From the NCBI GenBank assembly GCA_030834125.1, contig JAURFW010000001.1, positions 4,821-68,820 of the forward strand: a DNA stretch of 64,000 nucleotides, read 5' to 3'. The DNA comes from Bacteroidota bacterium. GTDB taxonomy: Bacteria; Bacteroidota; Bacteroidia; NS11-12g; UBA955. A program made the position numbers and the translations under genes. Shown here in pieces: positions 1-9,517 of this stretch; within the stretch, counting starts at the first letter, position 1; each line of letters opens with the position of its first letter. Below the pieces are notes generated by a model. The model saw only the letters and a program-made list of their open reading frames with translations, did no database searches and was not told the origin of the DNA.

Positions 1-175
1 AGACGGTTACAACTGGGTAAAAACATTTGTTTACACAGATCGTTCAGATATGTTATCCCTTGCAGTTACAATGAATGATGATGCTATTATTAAAGGTGAA
101 ATCATTGTAAATGAAGAAGTAGTTGCAGAAAAAGAAGTTGAAACCGAGGGTGCTCGTTTTTACTTGCAATTCTAG
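1..175 (+). CDS. C-terminal fragment of an unidentified protein (gene runs off the left edge)
   Basis: Frame 2 is open from nt 2 to TAG at 173-175 (...NEEVVAEKEVETEGARFYLQF*). A strong intrinsic terminator follows 23 nt later. It is below the ORF-track length cutoff and no family was recognised. Confidence 0.4.
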   Translation, partial: DGYNWVKTFVYTDRSDMLSLAVTMNDDAIIKGEIIVNEEVVAEKEVETEGARFYLQF

Positions 176-197
176 TAAATAATTAATAAACAATAAG

Positions 198-223
198 AAA
201 GGCGCTTAACGGCGCCTTTTTTT
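198..223 (+). terminator. Rho-independent terminator
   Basis: AAAGGCGC (198-205) pairs with GCGCCTTT (212-219) around a 6-nt loop, and the T run continues to 223. Confidence 0.75.
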
Positions 224-445
224 ATGGTTATTAAGAGTAGTATTTGAATAACGATTTTATTATAATGGTTTTTAGCCATGTTAACGTTCCTTGAATTCTA
301 TAAATACTGAAATATTCCGAAGAAGTGAGAATTATAAACTATACAGCTATATGAAATGAGTAATCCTGGATTTGATGAAATCAACTATATAAAGGTTTAA
401 AATAATATAATTTAACATAATGTAAATTATAAAACAAATATACAT

Positions 446-479
446 ATAAATAAAGGAAGCTCTAACTCCTTTTATTTAT
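446..479 (-). terminator. Possible AT-rich terminator hairpin downstream of the 1338-aa gene
   Basis: ATAAATAAAGGA (446-457) pairs with TCCTTTTATTTAT (467-479) with one bulged T and a 9-nt loop. It lies 23 nt past the minus-strand stop at 502. The stem is weak because it is AT-rich. Confidence 0.3.
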
Positions 480-501
480 AACTATATCATCAATATAGAT
501 T

Positions 502-3500
502 CTATTTGTTTTTCAATAGCTTCTGAGAACTAAATAATTCTTCGCCAGATTCTGCATAGCCGCTCATAAAGTAAATTCCATCAGCATAACTACTCAGATC
601 AATTGGCGTTTTATCATTGCCAATTGAAACTTTTAATTCAGAAATGATTTTACCCGTGGAATTTTGAATTCTTATAAATCCATTAAAATTCGACTTCCAA
701 TAGAAAATTCCATTTGACGGATTTGGGAATATTTCCCCATGTCTAGTAATATCGTTTTTATTTACTGTTGTAAGAACTATCGTATTTGATTCTGGACTTA
801 AACATTGTTGAACGTAACTTTTTGCTGTGTAATTGCCATTATTCAATGCAATTATGTGATCTGCTTGTCCAATTTGAGTTCCGTTTAAATACCATCGTAT
901 TAAATGTCCTTGTGGCTTATTTACTAAAAATAAACTATCACCAATTCTATCGATTGTTAAAGTAGAATTATTTCCATCTATAAGGTATGTTGCTGATTTT
1001 GATTCTCTTGGAATAATACAGGTTTGATTACTGAAAGTTTTAGCGAAATAAATCCTACCATCAATCAATGCAGGTAATATTCTTAATGTATTTGATGTTT
1101 CACCAGATAATTCTTCAGGTATTGGTTGTAAAGCAGTACTGTAATACCATTGCATTGAATCATGGTATTTTGGATAAAGTGCAAGTGTAATTGTATCGTT
1201 CCAGCATGCATCAGCATTTTTTACCCCATTTACAGAATAACTAAAATCACTTAAATCCATTGGGTTTGAAGTCTTTATTCTTAAGGGAATACTATTTTCC
1301 GAATATAATAAACCCATGTGCGATCTATGCGTTATAGTGTAGTAACCAATGTTTTGTATTGTAAATTGCGCGGTATCAGACGTTGAGTCAGACATAATTA
1401 TTTGATTACTTGCATCTTTGATTATCCAAACCCACTTGTCTGCATTTTTATTTGGAGAACTTAGAACTAGATGTTCATTGGCACATAAAACACTATCATT
1501 GTAATTAAAACTAGCAATCGGAGTTCCAATTTTTGCTGTAGCCTTTAGAATTGCTTGATCTGCACATTTATTATGTGAAAAAACTTCAACCCAATATTCG
1601 TTTCCATCTATTTGTTTTGGATTGATTGTAAAAGGATTTACGTTGCTATTCGCAATTGCCGAACCGTTGGGATTACTTAGTGTTGACTTGTACCATGTCA
1701 ACGAATCAATATTACTTCCATTTGCTGTTAATTTTAAAGTACTTGATTCTGATACTAGTTTTTTACTTGTTCCGTCAATCAATACGTTAAATCCTGTAAA
1801 CGTCAAATTTACTATAGAATTTACGGTAATATTCTTGGTTTGGTCTGTACTAATACCAGAGCCGTAGGATGTAAGTTTTACAATGAAGTTTCCAGCATTA
1901 TTAAACTTAATATTTGTATTAGCTGATGTTGGCTTGCTAATTGTTACACCGGTATTTGGGTTAACCGACCAGCGTAAACTATCCACATTATTGGAGTTTG
2001 ATGTTGCAGAAATAGTGCTGCCTTGACAAGCCAAAGTGTCAGAAAAAGAAATTGTTGACACAGGGTCTTGTTTAATCCATGCATCAGAAGTAAACACCCC
2101 TCGACCGTGAGTCGTAGCCATCACTACCCCATCAGATTTTCTAAATCTTAACGCCATAGTTTTTACTGCGCCCATCCCTTCGTTACAAGCTGCCCATTTT
2201 GGAGAATTAGCATAGATATCCTCGCAAATGTAAACGCCCAATTCTGTTGCGATAAGTGCGCTTTTATTATCATATGGATTAGATACTATACTATGAACAG
2301 GCATATTTGATAAATCACCGTCTATTGCCGTCCATGTAGACCCAGCATTAATACTTCTGTAAATATTGTTTACGCCGTAGTTACTTAAAGTTACAAAGAG
2401 CGTATCATCCCCTCCATTATGATTGTAAATTGAAGAAATGCTACCAGCATTTATTCCGGTTGAAATATCAGTGAATGATGGCGAAGATGTCTCGGCGTTG
2501 TCACTGTATAATAGTTTTCCAACATCACTACCTACAATTAGCCTATTTTTATTGTTTGATTTTCTCTTATATGAATATAATGCTGATGCCTTACCAGAGC
2601 TTGAACCGCCAAAAGATATAGTGCTGGCATTACTAGAATTTTGTGTAATACTGTTTCTGTATAGTTCACCTGTTGTTTTGCCAGAATACAATATATTGTT
2701 TACATAATCTAGATCTGCAGGATTAATAAATTTACCGGTGCTTGCATCACTTAGAACCTGTACATAAGAAGACCAGTTATTTGTGGTTGCAAAAAAGTTG
2801 TTGTAAGTAAAAGACACAACATGTGTTATTTCTGAAGTTTCACTAATCATGCAATATCCCCCGTCTCCTCCAGCCAACGTTGTTTCATCGTTAATTCCAG
2901 AAATATAAAAGTATTTAGTTCCATTGTCTTGCGCTCCTGCAATCATTACATTTGAATTTTTTATCATAGACATGTCGCCACAATAAAACTGGGTTATCAT
3001 GTATCCATTGTTTTTTTCGACAAATGCTGAACTACGATTTTCTGGACTATTTGTAATATCAGAGCAATAAAACACTCCTCCATCATTTCCTATAATAATT
3101 TGCTTCCCGTCTGAATGGTATTTTATTGCGTGTTGATCCGCATGAACATAAGAGCAGCTAAGTTGGTTCATGTTAGCATTTTCAGACCATTTGCTAATTT
3201 GTTTCCAATTTGAACCAGCATTGGTGCTTCTAAATAGATTAATACCGCCAATTGTTACATCTGCAGCATTTTTTGGGTTTACACTAACTTCTAAATCATA
3301 CCAAGCTTGTCCTCTTGTGAAGTCAGTAGAAGCTATGCCATTATCAGCGTCAGAAGGTTCAGTCACAGTTGACCAATTGCTTCCTCCATTAAATGAACGA
3401 ACTACCGCATGAAGTTTCCCACCTGACTCTATGAGTGCGTAAAGTGTGTCTGCGGAGGATGGTGCACATGCTAAAGATACTCTACCTTCTAAAGCTCCAG

Positions 3501-4518
3501 AATTTTTGTATGCCTCTGTGAATGATGTGCCATTACTGCTGTAATAAATTCGTCCCCCTCCTCTATCCGACGAGCTATTTCCTGCATTTTTTCTAGTTCC
3601 AACCCAAAGTGTATTGTTAGCATCAATTTCTAAATCAGAAGGTGCGCCTGGATAATTTTGACCAGATATTTTGGGTAATACTTGTGAGAAAGAACTGCCC
3701 CCATTAGTACTTCTAAATAATCCAACGTTTGATCCATTACCATGCCATATTCCAGCAAAAAAGTTTATATCAACTGCAGCATACAGTACACTAGTTCCAC
3801 TTTCGTTCCTAACTATTATATCGTTAATATATAAATAATTAGAAGATGAGCTTAAATTACTCCATGAAGTTCCTCCATCGGTACTCTTGAAAATTCCATA
3901 TCCTCTTGAAGTGGATGAAGTTGAACCAAACCCTTCACCTGTCCCTACGTAAATTATTTTATTGTCATTAGGATCAAAAGCAATGCAGGTTACTGTTATG
4001 TTTGACCAAACATCAGATACTGATTCCCATGAACTTGTACTCGAAGTAATGTCGTTATTGTACCACAATCCACCAGTCACACCTCCAGCCCATACTTTTT
4101 TTCCTTTTGAATCATTCGGATCCCAAGCAAGAGCTCTAGTTCTTCCGCCCACATTATTTGGACCTCTCATTTTCCAAGGGAAGTTTTTAGTTCCAGGAGT
4201 GCCTCGCTTAATTACGCTATTTTTTGAATTTAGTGATGATAATAATGGAAGTAATACTTCTGGTGTAGGTCTTCCCAATTTTGGATCCATCGTAGCAATA
4301 AATTCTTGCTTCCACCATCCCAGTGGGGTTTCCTCGTTGAAATTTTTAGTCTTTATTAATTCTCTGAATGATTTGTTTAATTGCTTGTCAACTTTCTTTA
4401 CTGTTTTATGGTATTTTCTTTTAACAACCTTTTTTGTCCAATCGTTATTCGTATTTTGGGAGTATGATGAGCTAAAAAGTGTTAAGCACAATGCTAATAA
4501 TTTTATTTTATTTAACAT
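502..4518 (-). CDS. Secreted BNR/Asp-box repeat beta-propeller protein (sortilin/VPS10-like) with Ig/PKD-like modules and a T9SS type-A C-terminal sorting domain
   Basis: N-terminal signal peptide (MLNKIKLLALCLTLFSSSYSQ). Repeated SxDxGxxW boxes (STDGGTSW, STNGGSSF, SFNGGSNW, STNAGSNW, SINAGSTW). The C-terminus (IFPNPSNGIFYW...GIYFMSGY...) is typical of a Por secretion tail. Confidence 0.8.
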   Translation of the reverse strand: MLNKIKLLALCLTLFSSSYSQNTNNDWTKKVVKRKYHKTVKKVDKQLNKSFRELIKTKNFNEETPLGWWKQEFIATMDPKLGRPTPEVLLPLLSSLNSKNSVIKRGTPGTKNFPWKMRGPNNVGGRTRALAWDPNDSKGKKVWAGGVTGGLWYNNDITSSTSSWESVSDVWSNITVTCIAFDPNDNKIIYVGTGEGFGSTSSTSRGYGIFKSTDGGTSWSNLSSSSNYLYINDIIVRNESGTSVLYAAVDINFFAGIWHGNGSNVGLFRSTNGGSSFSQVLPKISGQNYPGAPSDLEIDANNTLWVGTRKNAGNSSSDRGGGRIYYSSNGTSFTEAYKNSGALEGRVSLACAPSSADTLYALIESGGKLHAVVRSFNGGSNWSTVTEPSDADNGIASTDFTRGQAWYDLEVSVNPKNAADVTIGGINLFRSTNAGSNWKQISKWSENANMNQLSCSYVHADQHAIKYHSDGKQIIIGNDGGVFYCSDITNSPENRSSAFVEKNNGYMITQFYCGDMSMIKNSNVMIAGAQDNGTKYFYISGINDETTLAGGDGGYCMISETSEITHVVSFTYNNFFATTNNWSSYVQVLSDASTGKFINPADLDYVNNILYSGKTTGELYRNSITQNSSNASTISFGGSSSGKASALYSYKRKSNNKNRLIVGSDVGKLLYSDNAETSSPSFTDISTGINAGSISSIYNHNGGDDTLFVTLSNYGVNNIYRSINAGSTWTAIDGDLSNMPVHSIVSNPYDNKSALIATELGVYICEDIYANSPKWAACNEGMGAVKTMALRFRKSDGVVMATTHGRGVFTSDAWIKQDPVSTISFSDTLACQGSTISATSNSNNVDSLRWSVNPNTGVTISKPTSANTNIKFNNAGNFIVKLTSYGSGISTDQTKNITVNSIVNLTFTGFNVLIDGTSKKLVSESSTLKLTANGSNIDSLTWYKSTLSNPNGSAIANSNVNPFTINPKQIDGNEYWVEVFSHNKCADQAILKATAKIGTPIASFNYNDSVLCANEHLVLSSPNKNADKWVWIIKDASNQIIMSDSTSDTAQFTIQNIGYYTITHRSHMGLLYSENSIPLRIKTSNPMDLSDFSYSVNGVKNADACWNDTITLALYPKYHDSMQWYYSTALQPIPEELSGETSNTLRILPALIDGRIYFAKTFSNQTCIIPRESKSATYLIDGNNSTLTIDRIGDSLFLVNKPQGHLIRWYLNGTQIGQADHIIALNNGNYTAKSYVQQCLSPESNTIVLTTVNKNDITRHGEIFPNPSNGIFYWKSNFNGFIRIQNSTGKIISELKVSIGNDKTPIDLSSYADGIYFMSGYAESGEELFSSQKLLKNK

Positions 4519-4566
4519 CTTTATATTTATATAATTGAATGATTTATTTTAATTGATTGTTTAAGG

Positions 4567-5724
4567 TTAATTTGTCCATGATTTATAATAATTAGGATCT
4601 TCGAGTTTAATTGCTTCCTCAGTTATCATTAATGGATAAAAAGGATCAATCATAACTGCCAATTCCAATGTTTCTTTCGCCCCGATACTCTTTTCTACGG
4701 TTCCTGGATGTGGACCATGTGGTATCCCTTTTGGGTGTAGAGTGATCATACCCTGTTCAACGTGTTTTCTGCTCATAAAATCGCCGTCAACATAATAGAG
4801 AATTTCATCACTATCTACATTGGAGTGGTTATAGGGGGCTGGGATTGATAATGGATGATAGTCAAACAACCTCGGCACAAAACTACAAATTACGAAGTTT
4901 CTTGCTTCAAAGGTTTGGTGAATTGGCGGTGGCATGTGAACTCTACCTGTAATTGGCTCGAAGTCGTGAATGCTAAAGCCAAAGGGATAAGCGTATCCAT
5001 CCCAACCTATTGCATCAAATGGGTGTGTTGCATACGTATAAGGGTACAACGCGTTCTGTTTCTTGATAATTACCTTGAAATCCCCTTCCTCATCAAAAGT
5101 TTGCAGATTTGTAGGCACTTTGATATCTCTTTCACAGTAGGGAGAATGTTCCAATAATTGACCAAATGAATTTTGATATCGTTTTGGAGGGTAAATTGGT
5201 GTAGGTGATTCTATGACTAAAATCCTATTTTCTTTATTGTCAAATTCCAATTGATAAATAGTACCTCTTGGAATAACTAAATAGTCACCATATTCAAAAC
5301 TTATCTCTCCAAAAATAGTCTTTAACTTACCCGTTCCTTTATGAATAAATAATACCTCATCACTATCGGAATTCTTAAAGAAATAATCAATCATTGATTT
5401 TCTAGGTGCTGCTGTGCCAATATGTAAATCTGAATTGAACAATAATACCTTTCTGCTTTCTAAATAGTCGTCCTCTGGGGGTACATCAAAAGTTGTGAAA
5501 CTTCTACTTAACATGTTTTTTTTAAAAGCAACCTTAGGTTCAATGTCTATTGCATCTCCTACTTCTTTAACTAATGTGGGTGGATTGCAATGATATACTA
5601 ACGAATAAAGGCTATTGAAGCCTTCAGTACTGATAAGCTCTTCAGCATACAAACTGCCATCTGGTTTTCGGAATTGTGTATGTCTTTTTGGAGGAATTTG
5701 ACCTGATTTATGATAAAATGCCAT
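4567..5724 (-). CDS. hmgA: Homogentisate 1,2-dioxygenase
   Basis: 385 aa. The N-terminus MAFYHKSGQIPPKRHTQFRKPDGSLYAEEL and the overall cupin-like pattern match the bacteroidetal short HmgA family. Confidence 0.85.
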   Translation of the reverse strand: MAFYHKSGQIPPKRHTQFRKPDGSLYAEELISTEGFNSLYSLVYHCNPPTLVKEVGDAIDIEPKVAFKKNMLSRSFTTFDVPPEDDYLESRKVLLFNSDLHIGTAAPRKSMIDYFFKNSDSDEVLFIHKGTGKLKTIFGEISFEYGDYLVIPRGTIYQLEFDNKENRILVIESPTPIYPPKRYQNSFGQLLEHSPYCERDIKVPTNLQTFDEEGDFKVIIKKQNALYPYTYATHPFDAIGWDGYAYPFGFSIHDFEPITGRVHMPPPIHQTFEARNFVICSFVPRLFDYHPLSIPAPYNHSNVDSDEILYYVDGDFMSRKHVEQGMITLHPKGIPHGPHPGTVEKSIGAKETLELAVMIDPFYPLMITEEAIKLEDPNYYKSWTN

Positions 5725-5738
5725 ATATTCTTTTTGTT

Positions 5739-5765
5739 TACGAATATAAGAATTTCATATTCGTA
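5739..5765. promoter_or_regulatory. Perfect 9-bp inverted repeat (candidate operator) in the hmgA / lipoprotein-operon divergent region
   Basis: TACGAATAT (5739-5747) and ATATTCGTA (5757-5765) are separated by a 9-nt spacer. The left arm lies 15 nt upstream of the hmgA ATG at 5724. Confidence 0.3.
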
Positions 5766-5812
5766 CATTCAATGTTATGAATGATTTTATTGAAGTAATA
5801 ATCATTGTTCCG

Positions 5813-5820
5813 TATATTTG
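5813..5820 (+). promoter_or_regulatory. Bacteroidota -7 promoter box (TAnnTTTG)
   Basis: TATATTTG lies 14 nt upstream of the ATG at 5835. It sits inside the TTG-extended ORF of the track, which argues for the ATG start. Confidence 0.45.
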
Positions 5821-5834
5821 ATATTTACAAACTT

Positions 5835-6752
5835 ATGCGAATAATAAAGTATATTATTATTTTATTGGTCTTATTCAGTTTTAACTTTTCATGTAAAAAA
5901 ACGGAAAACGTAACCGTAAATGATAATAACGCTCCTGATTACTCTGGTATTCCTTCCATACATATTGAAAACTACATCAACCGATTATTCATTGATCTTT
6001 TGGGTCGTGAATCCACTAATTTAGAACGAGAAACATTAACAGAAAGACTTAAAGCAGCGAATCTTGATTTTAATACGAGGGATTCTATAGTATATGAGTT
6101 GCAATTTGATACTACTTACCGTGATGGAGATTCATCATACAGGCATGCGTATTGCCAAAGAGTTTATGATTTGATGAAATTTAGATTCCTGGAAGGTGCC
6201 TCAGACCCAGAAATAGGTCAAAAGTTGGGTAATTTGAATTTCGCAATCAAAATTGCTCGGCTCAACGGTGATACAATAAGAGTCCATCAGTATGAATATG
6301 AAAAGTCAAAATATGAGAATGTCTTAAAGAGTAAATATTTCTACCGATTAGATTCCATTAGCTACAACGACATGTGTGGATATATGATGAATAATGGTAT
6401 TTATGATTTAATAAACATGGGCAGTTTTAATTTTGTTAATGCAGCATTTGATGATGTTTTGGGTAGAAATCCTACCCAAGATGAATTCACAGCAGCTTAT
6501 GAGGTTATTGATAAGAATGAACCTACTGTTGTGTTTAATAAAGTTGCATCAAATAAGAATGAATTTATTAATATCTTAGTTTATTGTGATGCATTTTACG
6601 AAGCACAAGTTAGATGGTGGTATTATCAATATGTAAGAAGAGAAATTCCACCTTCAAGCCTATATACATGGATGAATCAATATCGTAATGTACAACGATT
6701 GGAATATGTACAACGTCAAATATTAATAACCGATGAATATGCTCAGTTTTAA
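5835..6752 (+). CDS. DUF4214-like lipoprotein (first gene of the six-gene envelope operon)
   Basis: From ATG 5835 the product starts MRIIKYIIILLVLFSFNFSCKK (lipoprotein signal with Cys). Two DUF4214-type motifs are present (YINRLFIDLLGRESTNLE, FVNAAFDDVLGRNPTQDEF) and it ends ...ITDEYAQF. Confidence 0.65.
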   Translation: MRIIKYIIILLVLFSFNFSCKKTENVTVNDNNAPDYSGIPSIHIENYINRLFIDLLGRESTNLERETLTERLKAANLDFNTRDSIVYELQFDTTYRDGDSSYRHAYCQRVYDLMKFRFLEGASDPEIGQKLGNLNFAIKIARLNGDTIRVHQYEYEKSKYENVLKSKYFYRLDSISYNDMCGYMMNNGIYDLINMGSFNFVNAAFDDVLGRNPTQDEFTAAYEVIDKNEPTVVFNKVASNKNEFINILVYCDAFYEAQVRWWYYQYVRREIPPSSLYTWMNQYRNVQRLEYVQRQILITDEYAQF

Positions 6753-7230
6753 ACCGTTAACTATAATAGCACTTATCACATCTTTACTAATTAGTTGCAC
6801 ACGAGAAATAAACGTAGATTATGGAGTAAATGATGTTGCTATTTATGAAACAAAAGCGCAAAAACATAAAGCAAAAAATGAGGCAGAATATATAGCCATT
6901 TTGTATACTAATTTAACACAGGAAGCAATTTCGCCTAATCTGTTATATCAAACACAAAATGTAATGTACTCTATTGGAGATCAAAATGTTGCTAAAGAAA
7001 TGCTACTTAGTAATTACTTCAATTCTCAAAATTTAAAAATTCCTTCTGATGTTGAAATGCGACTAAACGTTGAGCAATTTGTTATAGCTACCTATAAACG
7101 TTTCTTACTTAGACTTCCAAGTGAAGCAGAAAAGCAATGGTTCATCAGATATATTGAAAATAATTCAAATGTTACTGTCGAAATGGTTTACACAGCATTT
7201 GCCGCTTCAGATGAGTATGGATTTTATTAA
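6733..7230 (+). CDS. DUF4214-like lipoprotein
   Basis: Lipoprotein signal ...ITSLLISCTRE. The segment FVIATYKRFLLRLPSEAEKQWFIRYIENNSNVTVEMVYTAFAASDEYGFY follows the DUF4214 pattern. It overlaps the upstream gene by 20 nt. Confidence 0.65.
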   Translation: MNMLSFKPLTIIALITSLLISCTREINVDYGVNDVAIYETKAQKHKAKNEAEYIAILYTNLTQEAISPNLLYQTQNVMYSIGDQNVAKEMLLSNYFNSQNLKIPSDVEMRLNVEQFVIATYKRFLLRLPSEAEKQWFIRYIENNSNVTVEMVYTAFAASDEYGFY

Positions 7231-8579
7231 TGAGATCTAATATGAAGAGAAAAGAATTTATCAAAAAATCAGCAATTACCTTGGGCGGTGCATTAGTTGG
7301 TCCATATATTCTTCCCTCGGGTAGATTGTTTGCTAGAACGGGAGCAGAAAAAGCAGCGCACGTTGTTATGGTTATGTTTGCCGGCGGAGTGAGGCAGCAA
7401 GAATCTGTTCTAGGTAGATATTTAGAGGATAGTCAAGGAGTTTCAGGGGCTGCTGGAAATATAATGCCCAATTTATTTACAGGAAATGCACCAACAAAAA
7501 AAGTAGTTTATGGTTTAGATATCCCGGGTGAACCTAAAGGAACAGATCCAATTCCTAGAATTGTATCCTCTCCCCTAGCTTCCCAAGGTTTAGTGTTTAA
7601 TGAAGTTACGGCTCAAAGCGCGGGCCATTATGTTGGGTTAAATACTTTAATAACCGGTTCTAGAGGAATTGCTCAAGGTTTGAAAGTTCGCCCTAAGTCC
7701 CCTACTGTATTTGAATATTTGAGAAAACATCGGGGATTTGCTGCGACAGATTGTTGGTTTTTAGGAAACGGCATTGGTAATTCAACACCATTGTTAAATT
7801 CAAGTGATAATCTAGATTATGGATTAGATTATGGTGCTAATATGTTTATTCCTCCAGTAACATTTGGCAGTTTTGGTAGGACCGTATTAAGTAATGCAAA
7901 GCCCTATTCTAATTTAGAACTTGAACCAATGTACAATATGAAGTCCTTCTTGGATCAGAGTTTTGCATTAGAGAAGTCTTTACAAACAACAATAAAAAAT
8001 ACTGATGAAGAGAGAACACGTGTAAAAGCGTTTATAAGGAATACCTACACCAAACAATCTCTTGGTCAAATTGCATATCCACCATCAGGAAGTGGAGGAG
8101 ATGCCGTAAATGTAGCCTATGCAGGCGAAATACTTAAGGAATTTAAACCTAGAATGTTGGCATTAAATCTATCTCAAGTTGATGGTTGTCATTCCAATTT
8201 TACTGGGTATTTAAGAAGTTTACACAGAGCCGATCACATTGTAGGTTGGTTGTGGGAGTTCATCCAAAGTATTCCGGAAATGAAGGATAATACGATAATT
8301 ATTGTAGCTCCTGAGTGCGGTAGAAATTTAAATCCAAATCCAATTTTAGATGAGAATGATTGGTTAGCATTTGATCATTCTGATCGAAATGCAATGCGAG
8401 TTTGGAGCGTGATGGTAGGTAAAAATGTTCCTCAATTGTCGGTTGGAGATGAAGACAATCCCGTAGGTAGGTTAACTGATATTGTTCCAACCATAGCTGA
8501 TATTTTTGGGGTCTATGAAGAAGTTATGGGTAGTGGATATATCGATCCATTAGCAATGAGTCAGTTCTTAAGAGTTTAA
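7230..8579 (+). CDS. DUF1501-like protein (alkaline phosphatase/sulfatase superfamily) with a Tat-like signal
   Basis: The ATG overlaps the upstream stop (TAATG). The N-terminus is MKRKEFIKKSAITLGGALVG (Tat-like, KRK instead of RR). VVMVMFAGGVRQQ, QVDGCHSNF and APECGRNLNPN...FDHSD resemble DUF1501 metal-site motifs. Confidence 0.6.
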   Translation: MRSNMKRKEFIKKSAITLGGALVGPYILPSGRLFARTGAEKAAHVVMVMFAGGVRQQESVLGRYLEDSQGVSGAAGNIMPNLFTGNAPTKKVVYGLDIPGEPKGTDPIPRIVSSPLASQGLVFNEVTAQSAGHYVGLNTLITGSRGIAQGLKVRPKSPTVFEYLRKHRGFAATDCWFLGNGIGNSTPLLNSSDNLDYGLDYGANMFIPPVTFGSFGRTVLSNAKPYSNLELEPMYNMKSFLDQSFALEKSLQTTIKNTDEERTRVKAFIRNTYTKQSLGQIAYPPSGSGGDAVNVAYAGEILKEFKPRMLALNLSQVDGCHSNFTGYLRSLHRADHIVGWLWEFIQSIPEMKDNTIIIVAPECGRNLNPNPILDENDWLAFDHSDRNAMRVWSVMVGKNVPQLSVGDEDNPVGRLTDIVPTIADIFGVYEEVMGSGYIDPLAMSQFLRV

Positions 8580-8581
8580 TA

Positions 8582-9517
8582 ATGAAAATTACAAAAATTG
8601 TCATATTGCCAATGTTGTGTTTTGTATTTCAGTCCTGCGAAAGATCAATAGACACAGGGGAAAATCCATACTCCAATATTGAGGATAATACAACTGAAAC
8701 CAATGACACTAATACCTATGACCCCTATTCTATTTTTGGGTTACATAAGGATATATTCTTACCAACTTGTGCCAATTCTGGTTGCCACGACGGGACCTTT
8801 GAACCTGATTTCAGAACAGTAGAGAGTAGTTATTATAGCTTGGTATGGCAATCTCCAATAAAGAATGATACAAATTATTCATATGAATATCGTGTAGATC
8901 CCGGTAATTCCACTGAGAGTATGCTAATGCATCGATTAACTGTAGATTTAAATGGTAATTCAGGTATAATGCCTCTCGGGCTAGAACAAGACTCGGATTA
9001 TCCTGAAAAAAAAGATGAATACATTAATCGAATAGAAACATGGATAAATAATGGGGCTCCGGATTTTTATGGAAACAAGCCTCAATCTGCAAACTTTCCT
9101 CCAGTTGTGAATGGAGTGATAATTTTTCAAAATGGTTCAATAAAAAATAGAATTGGTATTTATGAAGCAGTAGATGTAAATATTGGTTCAAATGTGCAAA
9201 TGTGGTTTTCCTTTACCGATGATAAAATGGATGCTAGAAATTTTACCAATGCAACTTATAATGTGAGCACTAGGCCTGATTCTTTTGATTTGAACTCTGA
9301 AAAAGCACTCATTTTGGGTAATAAACAAACACTTAATGGCTTGTTTGGAGCGCAAGTGGATTACGACTGGTATGCAGATATTGATGTTAGTCAAGCCAAG
9401 GAATTAGATGTTTACTACGTACGTGTTACATTAAACGACGGTGATGAGACTGTCCAAATCCCAAACCAGTTTTCCATGTTTCAGATGAAGAAATACTTTG
9501 CAATTAGATTTAATTAA
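8582..9517 (+). CDS. Lipoprotein with a PSCyt-like (planctomycete cytochrome-c-like) domain carrying CX4CH
   Basis: Lipobox FVFQSCE. The segment IFLPTCANSGCHDG...PGNSTESMLMHRL...IMPLG...INRIETWINNGAP parallels the PSCyt1 layout (C..CH ... pG..e.S.L ... MP ... WI..GA). The C-terminal half looks like a beta-sandwich. Confidence 0.5.
   Translation: MKITKIVILPMLCFVFQSCERSIDTGENPYSNIEDNTTETNDTNTYDPYSIFGLHKDIFLPTCANSGCHDGTFEPDFRTVESSYYSLVWQSPIKNDTNYSYEYRVDPGNSTESMLMHRLTVDLNGNSGIMPLGLEQDSDYPEKKDEYINRIETWINNGAPDFYGNKPQSANFPPVVNGVIIFQNGSIKNRIGIYEAVDVNIGSNVQMWFSFTDDKMDARNFTNATYNVSTRPDSFDLNSEKALILGNKQTLNGLFGAQVDYDWYADIDVSQAKELDVYYVRVTLNDGDETVQIPNQFSMFQMKKYFAIRFN

Noticed and set aside
176-501. A 326-bp AT-rich intergenic region, examined for an ncRNA, riboswitch or small ORF.
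   Set aside because: Apart from the two terminator hairpins at its edges, there are no conserved-looking helices and no GC-rich structure. The only ORFs are trivial, at 14 aa or shorter. Nothing there can be supported from sequence alone.
3962-4534. A 190-aa plus-strand ORF, and many other 60-130-aa ORFs (for example 1622-1867, 2438-2707, 4855-5157, 28469-28789, 35183-35572), lie antisense to large genes.
   Set aside because: All lie entirely or almost entirely within much longer, family-recognisable genes on the other strand. Their translations are low-complexity or hydrophobic nonsense, and they have no promoter boxes. They are typical shadow ORFs of AT-rich coding DNA.
5805-7230. The two overlapping DUF4214-like ORFs could be one frameshifted gene.
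   Set aside because: Each has its own complete lipoprotein signal peptide with a lipobox cysteine and its own DUF4214-type C-terminal ending (...DEYAQF and ...DEYGFY). They are two paralogous genes and not a disrupted one.
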